In this document: positions 1-7,586 of the stretch, piece by piece | How the letters are laid out: every line of letters begins with the position of its first letter | How positions within the stretch are numbered: the first letter of the stretch is position 1 | Source of the DNA: a virus | Taxonomy: Duplodnaviria > Caudoviricetes | Virus record (IMG/VR): IMGVR_UViG_3300001460_000143 | Span: 1 to 27,813 of that record | DNA: 27,813 nucleotides | Direction: 5' to 3' (one strand) | The notes under the pieces: model-generated | Seen by the model: only the letters and a program-made list of their open reading frames with translations | The model's database searches: none | Told to the model about the DNA's origin: nothing | Program-made: the position numbers and the translations under genes

Positions 1-115
1 CCTGGAATCTGGCTGCAGCTCCTAAAACCTGATGGTGCAAAAATGGGCGAAAACGCTCGACAATGGAGAATGTAAATAGCACCAGCGTGTCTGGCTGCAC
101 CCAACTTCTCCTATA

Positions 116-529
116 CTACGTGATGGCTGGAGGTTTTGGCAATGGACAATGCAGAAGGACTCTTTCGACCTGCTTCCAGGGCTCCTGATCCAGCTCAAAC
201 GTCCACTTAGGCTCGGTTCGGGTTCCCTCTCCCGCAATGGAGTGGACCAAGGAACCATCAAAGATATAAAGTAAGCTCTGAGAGGGGGCCTTGGCCATAA
301 TGAAAGATCTTCCACCGCACAAACTATGCTTATAGTTCCACATTATTTGGTGTGGTCTTAAATTTAATTTATTACTCCTTATTACTTTTAACTCTACCCA
401 AAACGATATTCCATCTTTAATTCCATAGACATCAGGCACACCAGGCATAGCCCAGTTTTCATGTCTAGTCCAAAATATATTTGGTAGATTTTCTTTAACC
501 TCCTTCCAGAATTTGCTCTCTGGCTTCAA
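116..529 (-). CDS. VRR-NUC / PD-(D/E)xK family nuclease (Holliday-junction resolvase-like)
   Basis: 137 aa with N-terminal E, GVPD and WVELK catalytic motifs followed by LRPHQ, typical of phage VRR-NUC. TTG start overlaps the upstream stop (TTGA). Confidence 0.8.
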   Translation of the reverse strand: MKPESKFWKEVKENLPNIFWTRHENWAMPGVPDVYGIKDGISFWVELKVIRSNKLNLRPHQIMWNYKHSLCGGRSFIMAKAPSQSLLYIFDGSLVHSIAGEGTRTEPKWTFELDQEPWKQVERVLLHCPLPKPPAIT

Positions 530-657
530 CTAAAAAACCACCTCAACAAATACACAAATGCAATAACCAGTATAAAAGCTTTTATACCTCCAAAAACAAT
601 AAGTATGGGAAATATCTCCCACCACTTAGGCCCTATATCAAGGCTAATATCTTTCAT
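526..657 (-). CDS. Small membrane protein (43 aa), not in ORF track
   Basis: My translation: MKDISLDIGPKWWEIFPILIVFGGIKAFILVIAFVYLLRWFFS*. Long hydrophobic stretch; fills the gap and its TGA overlaps the TTG start of the VRR-NUC gene. Confidence 0.6.
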   Translation of the reverse strand: MKDISLDIGPKWWEIFPILIVFGGIKAFILVIAFVYLLRWFFS

Positions 658-688
658 TTTAGCTTCCAAAGGTATTGATTGTCTGACC

Positions 689-892
689 TCAATCTTTTGC
701 ATTTTTCTTGACTTTCTTAGACTTTAATTTCTGTTGCATAGACCATGCAATATAATCTCTTAATTCTTTTTTTGTTGCTGGCGCCATTCTCTGTTCCATT
801 AAGCTTCTAACTTTTTTTTCAAGGTTGCTTATTCTGTTAGAGAATGACTCACGCATTGATGATATTTGATCTTCTAATTTAATAGCCATCAT
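689..892 (-). CDS. Hypothetical protein (coiled-coil, basic C-terminus)
   Basis: 67 aa ORF, AGGAGG Shine-Dalgarno just upstream, overlaps the previous gene end. Confidence 0.65.
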   Translation of the reverse strand: MMAIKLEDQISSMRESFSNRISNLEKKVRSLMEQRMAPATKKELRDYIAWSMQQKLKSKKVKKNAKD

Positions 893-1076
893 GCCTCCTT
901 ATTGCAATTTTTCTGTCTCTCGCACTATAACCAATAACACCACAACTAGCCTCATTATGTATGTGATGCCATATTAAACTACGTTGTTTAACAGACCTAA
1001 AACGATTAAATAAATTAAATATAAAGTTCTTCATCTTTCTTCCTTTCTTTTTAAACTTTCTATACATTACTCCCAT
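879..1076 (-). CDS. Hypothetical protein
   Basis: 65 aa ORF in operon order; may start at the ATG at 1034 (MKNF..., preceded by AGGAAGAAAG). Confidence 0.5.
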   Translation of the reverse strand: MGVMYRKFKKKGRKMKNFIFNLFNRFRSVKQRSLIWHHIHNEASCGVIGYSARDRKIAIRRHDGY

Positions 1077-1088
1077 TTAATCTTATAG

Positions 1089-1619
1089 TCAATTAGTTTT
1101 TTTAATTTGTTTAAGTTCTTTAATTTCCTCGTAATCAACTTCAATACTGTATTGTTCTTTTAACTGTTGTAGCTTTGCTTTGACTTCTTCTCTGTCCATA
1201 GAATCTATTGTTCCTGTTAGTATTTCTTTTTTATCAACGTAAAGTCCTGCAATCTGTCCTCTGCGAGTCTCAGCAGCTACAGCAGCATTCCAATTACCTG
1301 ATTCACTTGCTTTGTCTCTAATTCTTGCCAATGTAGCCAATGATCTATCTTGTGTACATTTATATCTTTCTACAATAGCTCTTCGCTCATGCTCAATTGC
1401 TTTAGCAACAATAGGATATTTATCAGGGTTTTGTAATTCAGAAGCTCTCACTACAGCAGAGTCCCTGGCATAGCCTGCTTCAGTAGCACACTGTGTTCCA
1501 GTTTTCAAACCTTCAGAATGCACTAAAAGTAAAATAAACTTTCTTTGTTTACCAGTTATCTTCGGATTATACAAAGTATCTGATAAAGGTTCTGGTACGA
1601 TTAAATTATTCTCTTCCAT
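1089..1619 (-). CDS. terS: Terminase small subunit
   Basis: KQRKF...GTQCATEAGYA...A...ASEL pattern of the Terminase_2-type HTH, followed by helical oligomerisation region and GLYVDKKEI. Confidence 0.8.
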   Translation of the reverse strand: MEENNLIVPEPLSDTLYNPKITGKQRKFILLLVHSEGLKTGTQCATEAGYARDSAVVRASELQNPDKYPIVAKAIEHERRAIVERYKCTQDRSLATLARIRDKASESGNWNAAVAAETRRGQIAGLYVDKKEILTGTIDSMDREEVKAKLQQLKEQYSIEVDYEEIKELKQIKKTN

Positions 1620-1699
1620 ATATAACTCTTACAATAGTAGATTTTTACCACATAAATCAACAAAAATAAATAATTTTACCTCCTGTTATCGCTATGACT

Positions 1700-1788
1700 A
1701 GGTTACCTGAGGTTACCTGTAAATATTACAAAAGTAACCTTACTATCGTTGATATACTTGAAAAGTTACTCGGTTACCTAGGTTACCT
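1700..1788. repeat. Cluster of GGTTACCT repeats (iteron-like)
   Basis: Exact GGTTACCT at 1701, 1711, 1772, 1781; inverted degenerate AGTAACCT at 1733; AGTTACT at 1764; non-coding with AT-rich flanks. Confidence 0.85.
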
Positions 1789-1847
1789 CTGGTTTTGTAA
1801 AATATTTTTTATTTTATCTGACAGAAAACATCTATAGAGAACCCACT

Positions 1848-2051
1848 TTATGGGAACTGCTTTGGATCTTCAATAATATGCCTAACAATCTTAGATAATA
1901 CTTCTTCACCATCTGTCATTACTACACCCCATTCTTCTTTTGAGTATCGAGCGTTAAAAATAGGATTATAGAATTTTACTGAAACATCGCCACATTTAGG
2001 GCAACTAGATATTTTTCTTACGGGGCTGTTTGGTAGGTTTATTTGGGACAT
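1848..2051 (-). CDS. Hypothetical protein with one CxxC
   Basis: 67 aa, CPKCGD; start overlaps the upstream ORF by 47 nt. Confidence 0.6.
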   Translation of the reverse strand: MSQINLPNSPVRKISSCPKCGDVSVKFYNPIFNARYSKEEWGVVMTDGEEVLSKIVRHIIEDPKQFP

Positions 2052-2229
2052 TTATCCTTCTCACCTTGTGAAATGGAAACAATATTACGTTTTCAGGTAA
2101 ATCTTTTTGAAAGTATAGAGCGTCCATTAGTTCTAGACTAGCCTTATGCTCGTGAGCCGTGGTCTCTGTAGCAAGTAAAGTGTCCAGCAAATTACGCTGA
2201 GCCATCTTTTCTTCATAGTCATAAGCCAT
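2005..2229 (-). CDS. Hypothetical protein
   Basis: 74 aa, AGGAGAG Shine-Dalgarno upstream, NVILFP motif common in small alphaproteobacterial/phage proteins. Confidence 0.65.
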   Translation of the reverse strand: MAYDYEEKMAQRNLLDTLLATETTAHEHKASLELMDALYFQKDLPENVILFPFHKVRRINVPNKPTKQPRKKNI

Positions 2230-2292
2230 TGTCTCTCCTATAACGCCCCCGTATGGATTAAATCCTTAACGAGGGCATCAATTTAAGACTAA

Positions 2293-2321
2293 ATTATAGC
2301 TTAAAATGGGAAAAAACGCAA
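2293..2321 (-). promoter_or_regulatory. Sigma70-type promoter
   Basis: TTGCGT (2321-2316), 17 nt spacer, TATAAT (2298-2293), upstream of the 2229 gene. Confidence 0.7.
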
Positions 2322-2323
2322 TA

Positions 2324-2551
2324 TCAGTCTTCTCTGTGCGTTTCTTCATAATCTTCCGACATGGCTGCTGCCAATGCCCATTCCTTATCATCTTTCAACT
2401 CATTGTATTTACGATAAGCTTTTAAACGAAGAGTAGTAACTTCTCCTTGTGAGTGGCACGTCTTACATTGATCGACAAAATCATCTCCTTCCCATGAGGA
2501 ACGGATGTAGCCATTACCTTTACATGCAGGACATACAACTTTATTATACAT
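2324..2551 (-). CDS. Small DnaJ-type zinc-finger protein
   Basis: CPACKGNG and CKTCHSQG, two CxxCxGxG-like motifs. Confidence 0.7.
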   Translation of the reverse strand: MYNKVVCPACKGNGYIRSSWEGDDFVDQCKTCHSQGEVTTLRLKAYRKYNELKDDKEWALAAAMSEDYEETHRED

Positions 2552-2843
2552 TGATAGTTAGTTTAGTATTTTGAAGGTCGATGCCCTCAACTCCATTGAG
2601 ATCCACTATGGTGTACATAACTCCATAATAATCTTGATTACTACAAAACTCATCCAACGTCATGGTTGTTCCCGGTCTATATTTCATCATATGACTAAAA
2701 AAAGCTTTTGAATTACTTTTCAATGGAACTATTTTACCTTTCTTGTCAGGTTTTGCCACAGGAAACGCAATACCATCTACTTTAAGTATTGTCATCATTT
2801 CTGTTTCAGCATCAAAAGACCAACTAATTTTAGCTATGCTCAT
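2544..2843 (-). CDS. Hypothetical protein
   Basis: 99 aa ORF, ATGA-coupled to the upstream RHH gene. Confidence 0.65.
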   Translation of the reverse strand: MSIAKISWSFDAETEMMTILKVDGIAFPVAKPDKKGKIVPLKSNSKAFFSHMMKYRPGTTMTLDEFCSNQDYYGVMYTIVDLNGVEGIDLQNTKLTINV

Positions 2844-2995
2844 GCTACCTTCCTTCTTTTAGATTTTTTACTTTCTTTTTCTACCAATTCAGTAATTTGA
2901 CCTCCTACTGATCGATTGTTTTCTTCTGCTTGTCTTTTAAGTTTTTGATAAGTATCAATTTTTACAGCTACTGATTTAAACTTTTGAGTGTTCAT
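2840..2995 (-). CDS. Ribbon-helix-helix (Arc/CopG-like) DNA-binding protein, 51 aa, not in ORF track
   Basis: My translation: MNTQKFKSVAVKIDTYQKLKRQAEENNRSVGGQITELVEKESKKSKRRKVA*. Alternating beta strand KSVAV, helix, (N)RS turn, helix; ATGA overlaps at both ends. Confidence 0.8.
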   Translation of the reverse strand: MNTQKFKSVAVKIDTYQKLKRQAEENNRSVGGQITELVEKESKKSKRRKVA

Positions 2996-3294
2996 GCTTC
3001 TTTCCTTTCCAATGAAGATACTGTTTCATCATTATCTAAAAGCTCTGTGTCTCCTAGATCTAGTTTTAATTGATTTGTTTCGTGAGCCGCGACTGGTGTA
3101 AATTTACGCCCTGAATTCTCAGCAAGATCCTGCCATCTCTTGGCACTTCTCTCGTAAAAATCAGTCATAAAAATATCACCTAAGTTTCGACATTCACGTG
3201 CTCTTTCGTGATTAGTTTTAGCTCTTGTTAAACGAAGTCCTAAACGAAACCCCTCTTTAAATGTAGCCTCAAACTCTGGTTTAAGTGTTGTCAT
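2992..3294 (-). CDS. Hypothetical protein, first gene after the structured leader
   Basis: 100 aa, GAAAGGA Shine-Dalgarno upstream. Confidence 0.7.
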   Translation of the reverse strand: MTTLKPEFEATFKEGFRLGLRLTRAKTNHERARECRNLGDIFMTDFYERSAKRWQDLAENSGRKFTPVAAHETNQLKLDLGDTELLDNDETVSSLERKEA

Positions 3295-3318
3295 GTTATC
3301 CTTTCTTAAATATCCAGT

Positions 3319-3474
3319 TAAGGCGTGGGACTAGTTTCTCACCCACAAGCTTTCGACTACAGATGAACATTTCATACATGTCTACTCACAACCACCCTTG
3401 ATTACCTCATGCATTTGCACATACTTCATCTCAAGTGTACCTTACCCCTCTGTTACAGAGTTGTTCAGTCAGCC
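3319..3474 (-). ncRNA. Structured RNA, manA-motif-like (candidate)
   Basis: Hand folding: closing stem GGCU-GACUG / UAGUC-GAA-AGCU; hairpins CUCUG/CAGAG, CUUGA/UCAAG enclosing GUGC/GCAU, GACAU/AUGUU, GUGGG/CCCAC; pseudoknot UAAGGU/GCCUUA. GACUGAA and CUGUAGU resemble my recollection of manA RNA; not checked against Rfam. Confidence 0.55.
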
Positions 3475-3502
3475 GATAAAACTAATTAGATTTTATCACC
3501 AG

Positions 3503-3541
3503 ATATGTGGGATAATATATATAAATATGTGGGACTGTCAA
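3503..3541 (-). promoter_or_regulatory. Sigma70 promoter with two operator-like direct repeats
   Basis: TTGACA (3541-3536) with TATATT at 16 nt or TATTAT at 18 nt spacing; exact 10-bp repeat ATATGTGGGA at 3503-3512 and 3525-3534. Confidence 0.75.
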
Positions 3542-3561
3542 CCCCTTAAATAATGACTATT

Positions 3562-3747
3562 TTAAAGGGTTTTTCTAACAGTTTGAGGAAATCTACCGTC
3601 TTCTAAGTAACAAATATAAGCGTGCTCCCAATCATTACCATACTCTGCTTTACAGAATTGAACAACACCGCTTTCCTGTTTTTCGGAAAAGAAACTACTA
3701 AAGAAGTTTAAGAAGTGGTTCTTGGCACTTTCTGTTAATTGATACAT
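3562..3747 (-). CDS. Hypothetical protein
   Basis: 61 aa ORF with FCKAEYGNDWEHAY core; no Shine-Dalgarno, TATAAC 6 nt before the ATG. Confidence 0.6.
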   Translation of the reverse strand: MYQLTESAKNHFLNFFSSFFSEKQESGVVQFCKAEYGNDWEHAYICYLEDGRFPQTVRKTL

Positions 3748-3802
3748 GCGTAGGTTATACGCAAACTTTTTTTAAAAGACTTGTGTTATTATTGCAAATC
3801 TT

Positions 3803-5698
3803 CTATCCACCTGCTTCACCCCAGTTATCTCCTAGCTCTACATCTACTTTACTAGGAACTAAAAGTTCCACACAGGATTCCATTATCTCTTTTATTTTTT
3901 CTGCATCCTTACCACACTTACCAACACTAAAATCTAATTCATCGTGTACTTGTATATGTGCTAAGTAACCTTCTTTGTGTAGCTCTACCATAGCTTTCTT
4001 TGTTTGATCAGCTGCTGATCCTTGTATCAATCTGTTTAGTGCTTTGTATGTCCAAGCTCTTTTAATCATATGCTCTCCATACTCTCTTTGTGCTTCTGTT
4101 AATGGTAATGCTTTTGATCCCCATTCGTTTGTTGGTTCCCATAAATCAAATCTACATCTTCTACCAAGAAGAGTTCTAAGAAATCCTTTCTTACCTGCAG
4201 ACGCCATTGTTCTATTCATTAATTGTTTTACAAAAGGAACGCGTTCGTGATACGTAGCCAAAAGATCAGATGCGTCTTCTAAATTTAATCCTAACTGAGA
4301 CATCAACTTTCCTTTGCCCATACCATAAAATAATCCTAAATTAATTGTCTTGGCTTGTTTACGATCAATGCCCGCCATGTCACTAACAAGTGTATGAAAA
4401 TCTGTTCCGGGTTCCGTGGAGTATGCTTCAGCAAAATCTGTAGCTCCTGGCAATCCTCCTGTATTACTTCCTGTTAATGCTGCGTAATGAACAACAAGTC
4501 TTGGTTCTTGTTGAGAATAATCAAAGATACCCCACTCGTGTCCTTCTTCAGGAATAAACAAAGACCTTATCATAGGGCCTAGTATAGCGTTTCTAGCTGG
4601 TATCTGCTGAAGGTTAGGATTACTATAGCTAAATCTTCCTGTCACAGTTCCCCCTTGATCAGATCTCATTTGATGTATCTCTGCATGAATACGTCCGTCA
4701 ATAGAGTGTTTTAAAATTGTATCTATAAACGTAGTTCTTGCTTTATTTATTTCTCTCGCTTCCACCACCATCTTCGCAAGAGGACTATCATGACTTGACA
4801 AAAAGTTTTTATCGAACTTTGGTTGTCCTGTTGGAGTACGCTCATAAGGAATTTGTAGTGCATCAAATGCTTTAGATACGCTAGACGCAGCCCAGACTTC
4901 CACATTATGACCTGAGAGTTTTTTGATTGAAGCCAAGATTTTATTTTCTTGTTTTTGTAAATCATTCTTTACCCTTTCTGCTTTATCTACATCTACTCTT
5001 ACACCCTTCATTTTCATATCAAAAAGTACAGGGAATAATTCTGTTTCTAGCTCAAATATATTGAAGAGCTGTTGTTTTACAATTTCTGTTTTTAAATAAT
5101 GCCACAAACGAAGTGTAACGGCAGCATCTTGTTCTGCGTATTGTCCGACATGACTGGCGGGGAGTTTCCACATTTCGGACTTGGCGTCTAGTCCCCATGC
5201 TTTTGCCGCTTCATAGAGTTGGGTTTCCGCTTTTGACTCTTGTAGATAATCTTTTGCTAATGAGTTTAGATCAAAACGAAACCTGTTCTCATCCACTAAT
5301 GGCGCGGCAATTAAAGTGTCAATTATTTTACCTGCGATGTCAATGTCTAAAGTTTTTAACCAACCGACATCATAAAAGGCATTATGAAAAATATAATTTT
5401 TATCCACGTAAGAACATTGTTTGCGTAACCATTTGATAACAACTTTCTTATCCATATTGGGCGGTGTTTCGTGAGCGATGGGGTAGTAGCCTTGCCATCC
5501 GTCTACTGCAACAGCGATACCTACTACTTCTCCTTCACGTCTAACATAACCTGGTCCTCTATCTTTGATGCCAGGATCTCTTGTTTCTAAATCTATTGCT
5601 ATTTCATCGTAACCCGATAAGTCTGGAAAGTGATCAGGCATAACCCATTCACTAGGCATGCGATGAACTTTAGGAAACCAGTTACTTTGTTCTTTCAC
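3803..5698 (-). CDS. polA: DNA polymerase family A with 3'-5' exonuclease (Leu762 type)
   Basis: ExoI IAIDLET, ExoII HNAFYD, ExoIII YAEQD; TGRFS..PNLQQIP; motif A DYSQQEPR; motif B KTINLGLFYGMG; motif C VHDE. Probable GTG start at 5698 after GGAG (ORF track extends to 5713). Confidence 0.97.
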   Translation of the reverse strand: MKEQSNWFPKVHRMPSEWVMPDHFPDLSGYDEIAIDLETRDPGIKDRGPGYVRREGEVVGIAVAVDGWQGYYPIAHETPPNMDKKVVIKWLRKQCSYVDKNYIFHNAFYDVGWLKTLDIDIAGKIIDTLIAAPLVDENRFRFDLNSLAKDYLQESKAETQLYEAAKAWGLDAKSEMWKLPASHVGQYAEQDAAVTLRLWHYLKTEIVKQQLFNIFELETELFPVLFDMKMKGVRVDVDKAERVKNDLQKQENKILASIKKLSGHNVEVWAASSVSKAFDALQIPYERTPTGQPKFDKNFLSSHDSPLAKMVVEAREINKARTTFIDTILKHSIDGRIHAEIHQMRSDQGGTVTGRFSYSNPNLQQIPARNAILGPMIRSLFIPEEGHEWGIFDYSQQEPRLVVHYAALTGSNTGGLPGATDFAEAYSTEPGTDFHTLVSDMAGIDRKQAKTINLGLFYGMGKGKLMSQLGLNLEDASDLLATYHERVPFVKQLMNRTMASAGKKGFLRTLLGRRCRFDLWEPTNEWGSKALPLTEAQREYGEHMIKRAWTYKALNRLIQGSAADQTKKAMVELHKEGYLAHIQVHDELDFSVGKCGKDAEKIKEIMESCVELLVPSKVDVELGDNWGEAGG

Positions 5699-5948
5699 TA
5701 ATTTCTCCTGCAATGGCTAAGTAGGCGGCAGCATCTGTGTAGTTATCTTGTTTTTGTTTGTGCATAGACCTAGCTACCTTTACCAAGGCCATGCACACTG
5801 CCACGTCATGTGCTGTTATAGTTTTACGGAGGAAAGCGGACCACAACGCGGCAATGTTCTCATGTGTTTCTAATATGTCACCGTAATCTTTGTTACGATC
5901 ATTACTTGTAAGCCTAATGGCTTCTTCTAAAAAATCTTTTGTTAACAA
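5682..5948 (-). CDS. DUF6378-like all-helical phage protein
   Basis: R..DYGD...NIAALWS.FL...DVA.CMAL.K.AR...DNY.D.A.Y pattern, typical neighbour of phage polA. Confidence 0.75.
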   Translation of the reverse strand: MLTKDFLEEAIRLTSNDRNKDYGDILETHENIAALWSAFLRKTITAHDVAVCMALVKVARSMHKQKQDNYTDAAAYLAIAGEISERTK

Positions 5949-7586
5949 TTAAATAGTCCTTTCATAATGAAATATAGGTTCGTATTCAAACTGTCCCTCT
6001 GTTCTATGTACAATATGTAATTCTTCTTTTGCTCTTGTAGCACCAACATAAAATACTCTTGCTTCATCATCTCTTCCTTGCTGGCTATCCGTGTAAGAAG
6101 AATAAGGACCATAGGATAAATCTGTAAGCAACATAACTTTTTGTCTTTCTCCACCTTTAGAAGCATGAATAGTAGATACTTCAATACGAGGTGTTGAGTC
6201 TAATTTATTTCCTGAACGCATGACAGCACGTAAGTAATTAATTCTTTTTTGTAATCCCTTAGAATTTAACATGTCATACCAAGCTATTTCTTTTACACTT
6301 ACTTCTTTATCAATCGACAATTTAATATAATCCCTTAAACCAAAATCTGCAATAAGAGTTTCTAGATTAAATGAGCCATCAGGCTGGCCTTTAAATACTC
6401 CATAATTTCTTTTAATACGGGTGCTATCCATATGCTTGTAAATTACATCACATTGAACTCCGGAAATAGAATTTCCGTTCTGTAAGGATGTCCAAGCTCT
6501 AATAGCCTCAATGTAATTAAAGCTAATTACTGATTGACCATATCTTTTATACAACCAACCATAGGTTTCTAGTGATTCACACACTTGTTTGACAATTTCA
6601 TGCGTTCTACATAAAATAAGCCATTCTCCATGGGCTAATCCTTGATTTAAGGACCGTACAGTATGTATCTGTCTCTTGCCTGTATGATCTGTTGGCAAAT
6701 ATTGTTTTGGAATCCTTTTTGAGATGGAATTTGCTAATTTTGTAGCTAAATAGTGTACCTCAGGTGGGATTCTATAAGATTGTGTCAAAGGAATGATAGT
6801 ATTTTTTGAATCTGGATGAGCCATGTCTATAAAATGTTCGATGTCTGCTCCAGCCCATCTAAAAATTGCCTGGTCATCATCTCCTGCTACATAAGTTTCT
6901 AAAGCTCCTGATTGTTTTTGTATCATGTCTACAACTTTCCATTGTTGTGCTGATAAATCCTGAGCTTCGTCTATAAATAAATATTTTAATTGAGGTGGAT
7001 TATTCTTTTTTAAAAACTCTGTAAAATAATCAACGTATTCAAACTTGCCTCTGTCTTGTTTAAACTTTCTCAAGTCCATTTCCATTTGCTCAATCATCTT
7101 ACGAGCTCCATAGTTATTTAATTTTGTTTCTCTAAATACTAAATCTAATCTATTTTCTTTATCTGGATATTTAGCATAAGCTAGGTTAATTATATCTTGA
7201 TACTCACTTTTTGCTGTTGGCATTGATATATCAACTCCATTACCTTTACGCATTTTGTTTACATACTGGTGTCCCGTGATCCGTGATAGCTCACTGTAGT
7301 CAAAATCATCCATGATGTTTTCCTGACTTAACTGTAATCTTCTATACGCTAATGAGTGAAGAGTAGAAAAATACGGAAATAAAACTTTCATAGCTTCTTT
7401 ATCATAGTCTTGACCGAAGCTCTGTGCTATTCTGTCTCTAATCTCTTCTGCGGCCTTTACCGTAAAACTAAAATACCCTACCTCCTTTGAACTACATAAA
7501 CCTTCCTCGATAAGAGATTTAACTTTATTTTTGAGGTAGGTTGTTTTTCCTGTACCTGGTGGTCCTATAACTATATGTCTATGCAT
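5949..7586 (-). CDS. UvrD/Rep-like superfamily 1 DNA helicase
   Basis: GPPGTGKT, FSTLHS, IDEAQD, GDDDQAIF.W.GA, QSYR, STIHASKGGE, YVGATRAK. Confidence 0.95.
   Translation of the reverse strand: MHRHIVIGPPGTGKTTYLKNKVKSLIEEGLCSSKEVGYFSFTVKAAEEIRDRIAQSFGQDYDKEAMKVLFPYFSTLHSLAYRRLQLSQENIMDDFDYSELSRITGHQYVNKMRKGNGVDISMPTAKSEYQDIINLAYAKYPDKENRLDLVFRETKLNNYGARKMIEQMEMDLRKFKQDRGKFEYVDYFTEFLKKNNPPQLKYLFIDEAQDLSAQQWKVVDMIQKQSGALETYVAGDDDQAIFRWAGADIEHFIDMAHPDSKNTIIPLTQSYRIPPEVHYLATKLANSISKRIPKQYLPTDHTGKRQIHTVRSLNQGLAHGEWLILCRTHEIVKQVCESLETYGWLYKRYGQSVISFNYIEAIRAWTSLQNGNSISGVQCDVIYKHMDSTRIKRNYGVFKGQPDGSFNLETLIADFGLRDYIKLSIDKEVSVKEIAWYDMLNSKGLQKRINYLRAVMRSGNKLDSTPRIEVSTIHASKGGERQKVMLLTDLSYGPYSSYTDSQQGRDDEARVFYVGATRAKEELHIVHRTEGQFEYEPIFHYERTI

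Noticed and set aside
1631-1663. Promoter for terS
   Set aside because: Candidate -35 and -10 boxes give 15 or 18 nt spacing with weak consensus in AT-rich DNA; not supportable.
1700-1788. CRISPR-like array from the GGTTACCT repeats
   Set aside because: Units are 8-9 bp with irregular spacing, no spacer-length regularity and no cas genes.
3319-3474. tRNA or hammerhead ribozyme
   Set aside because: No T-loop GTTCRA or cloverleaf, and no CUGAUGA/GAAA core in the required arrangement.
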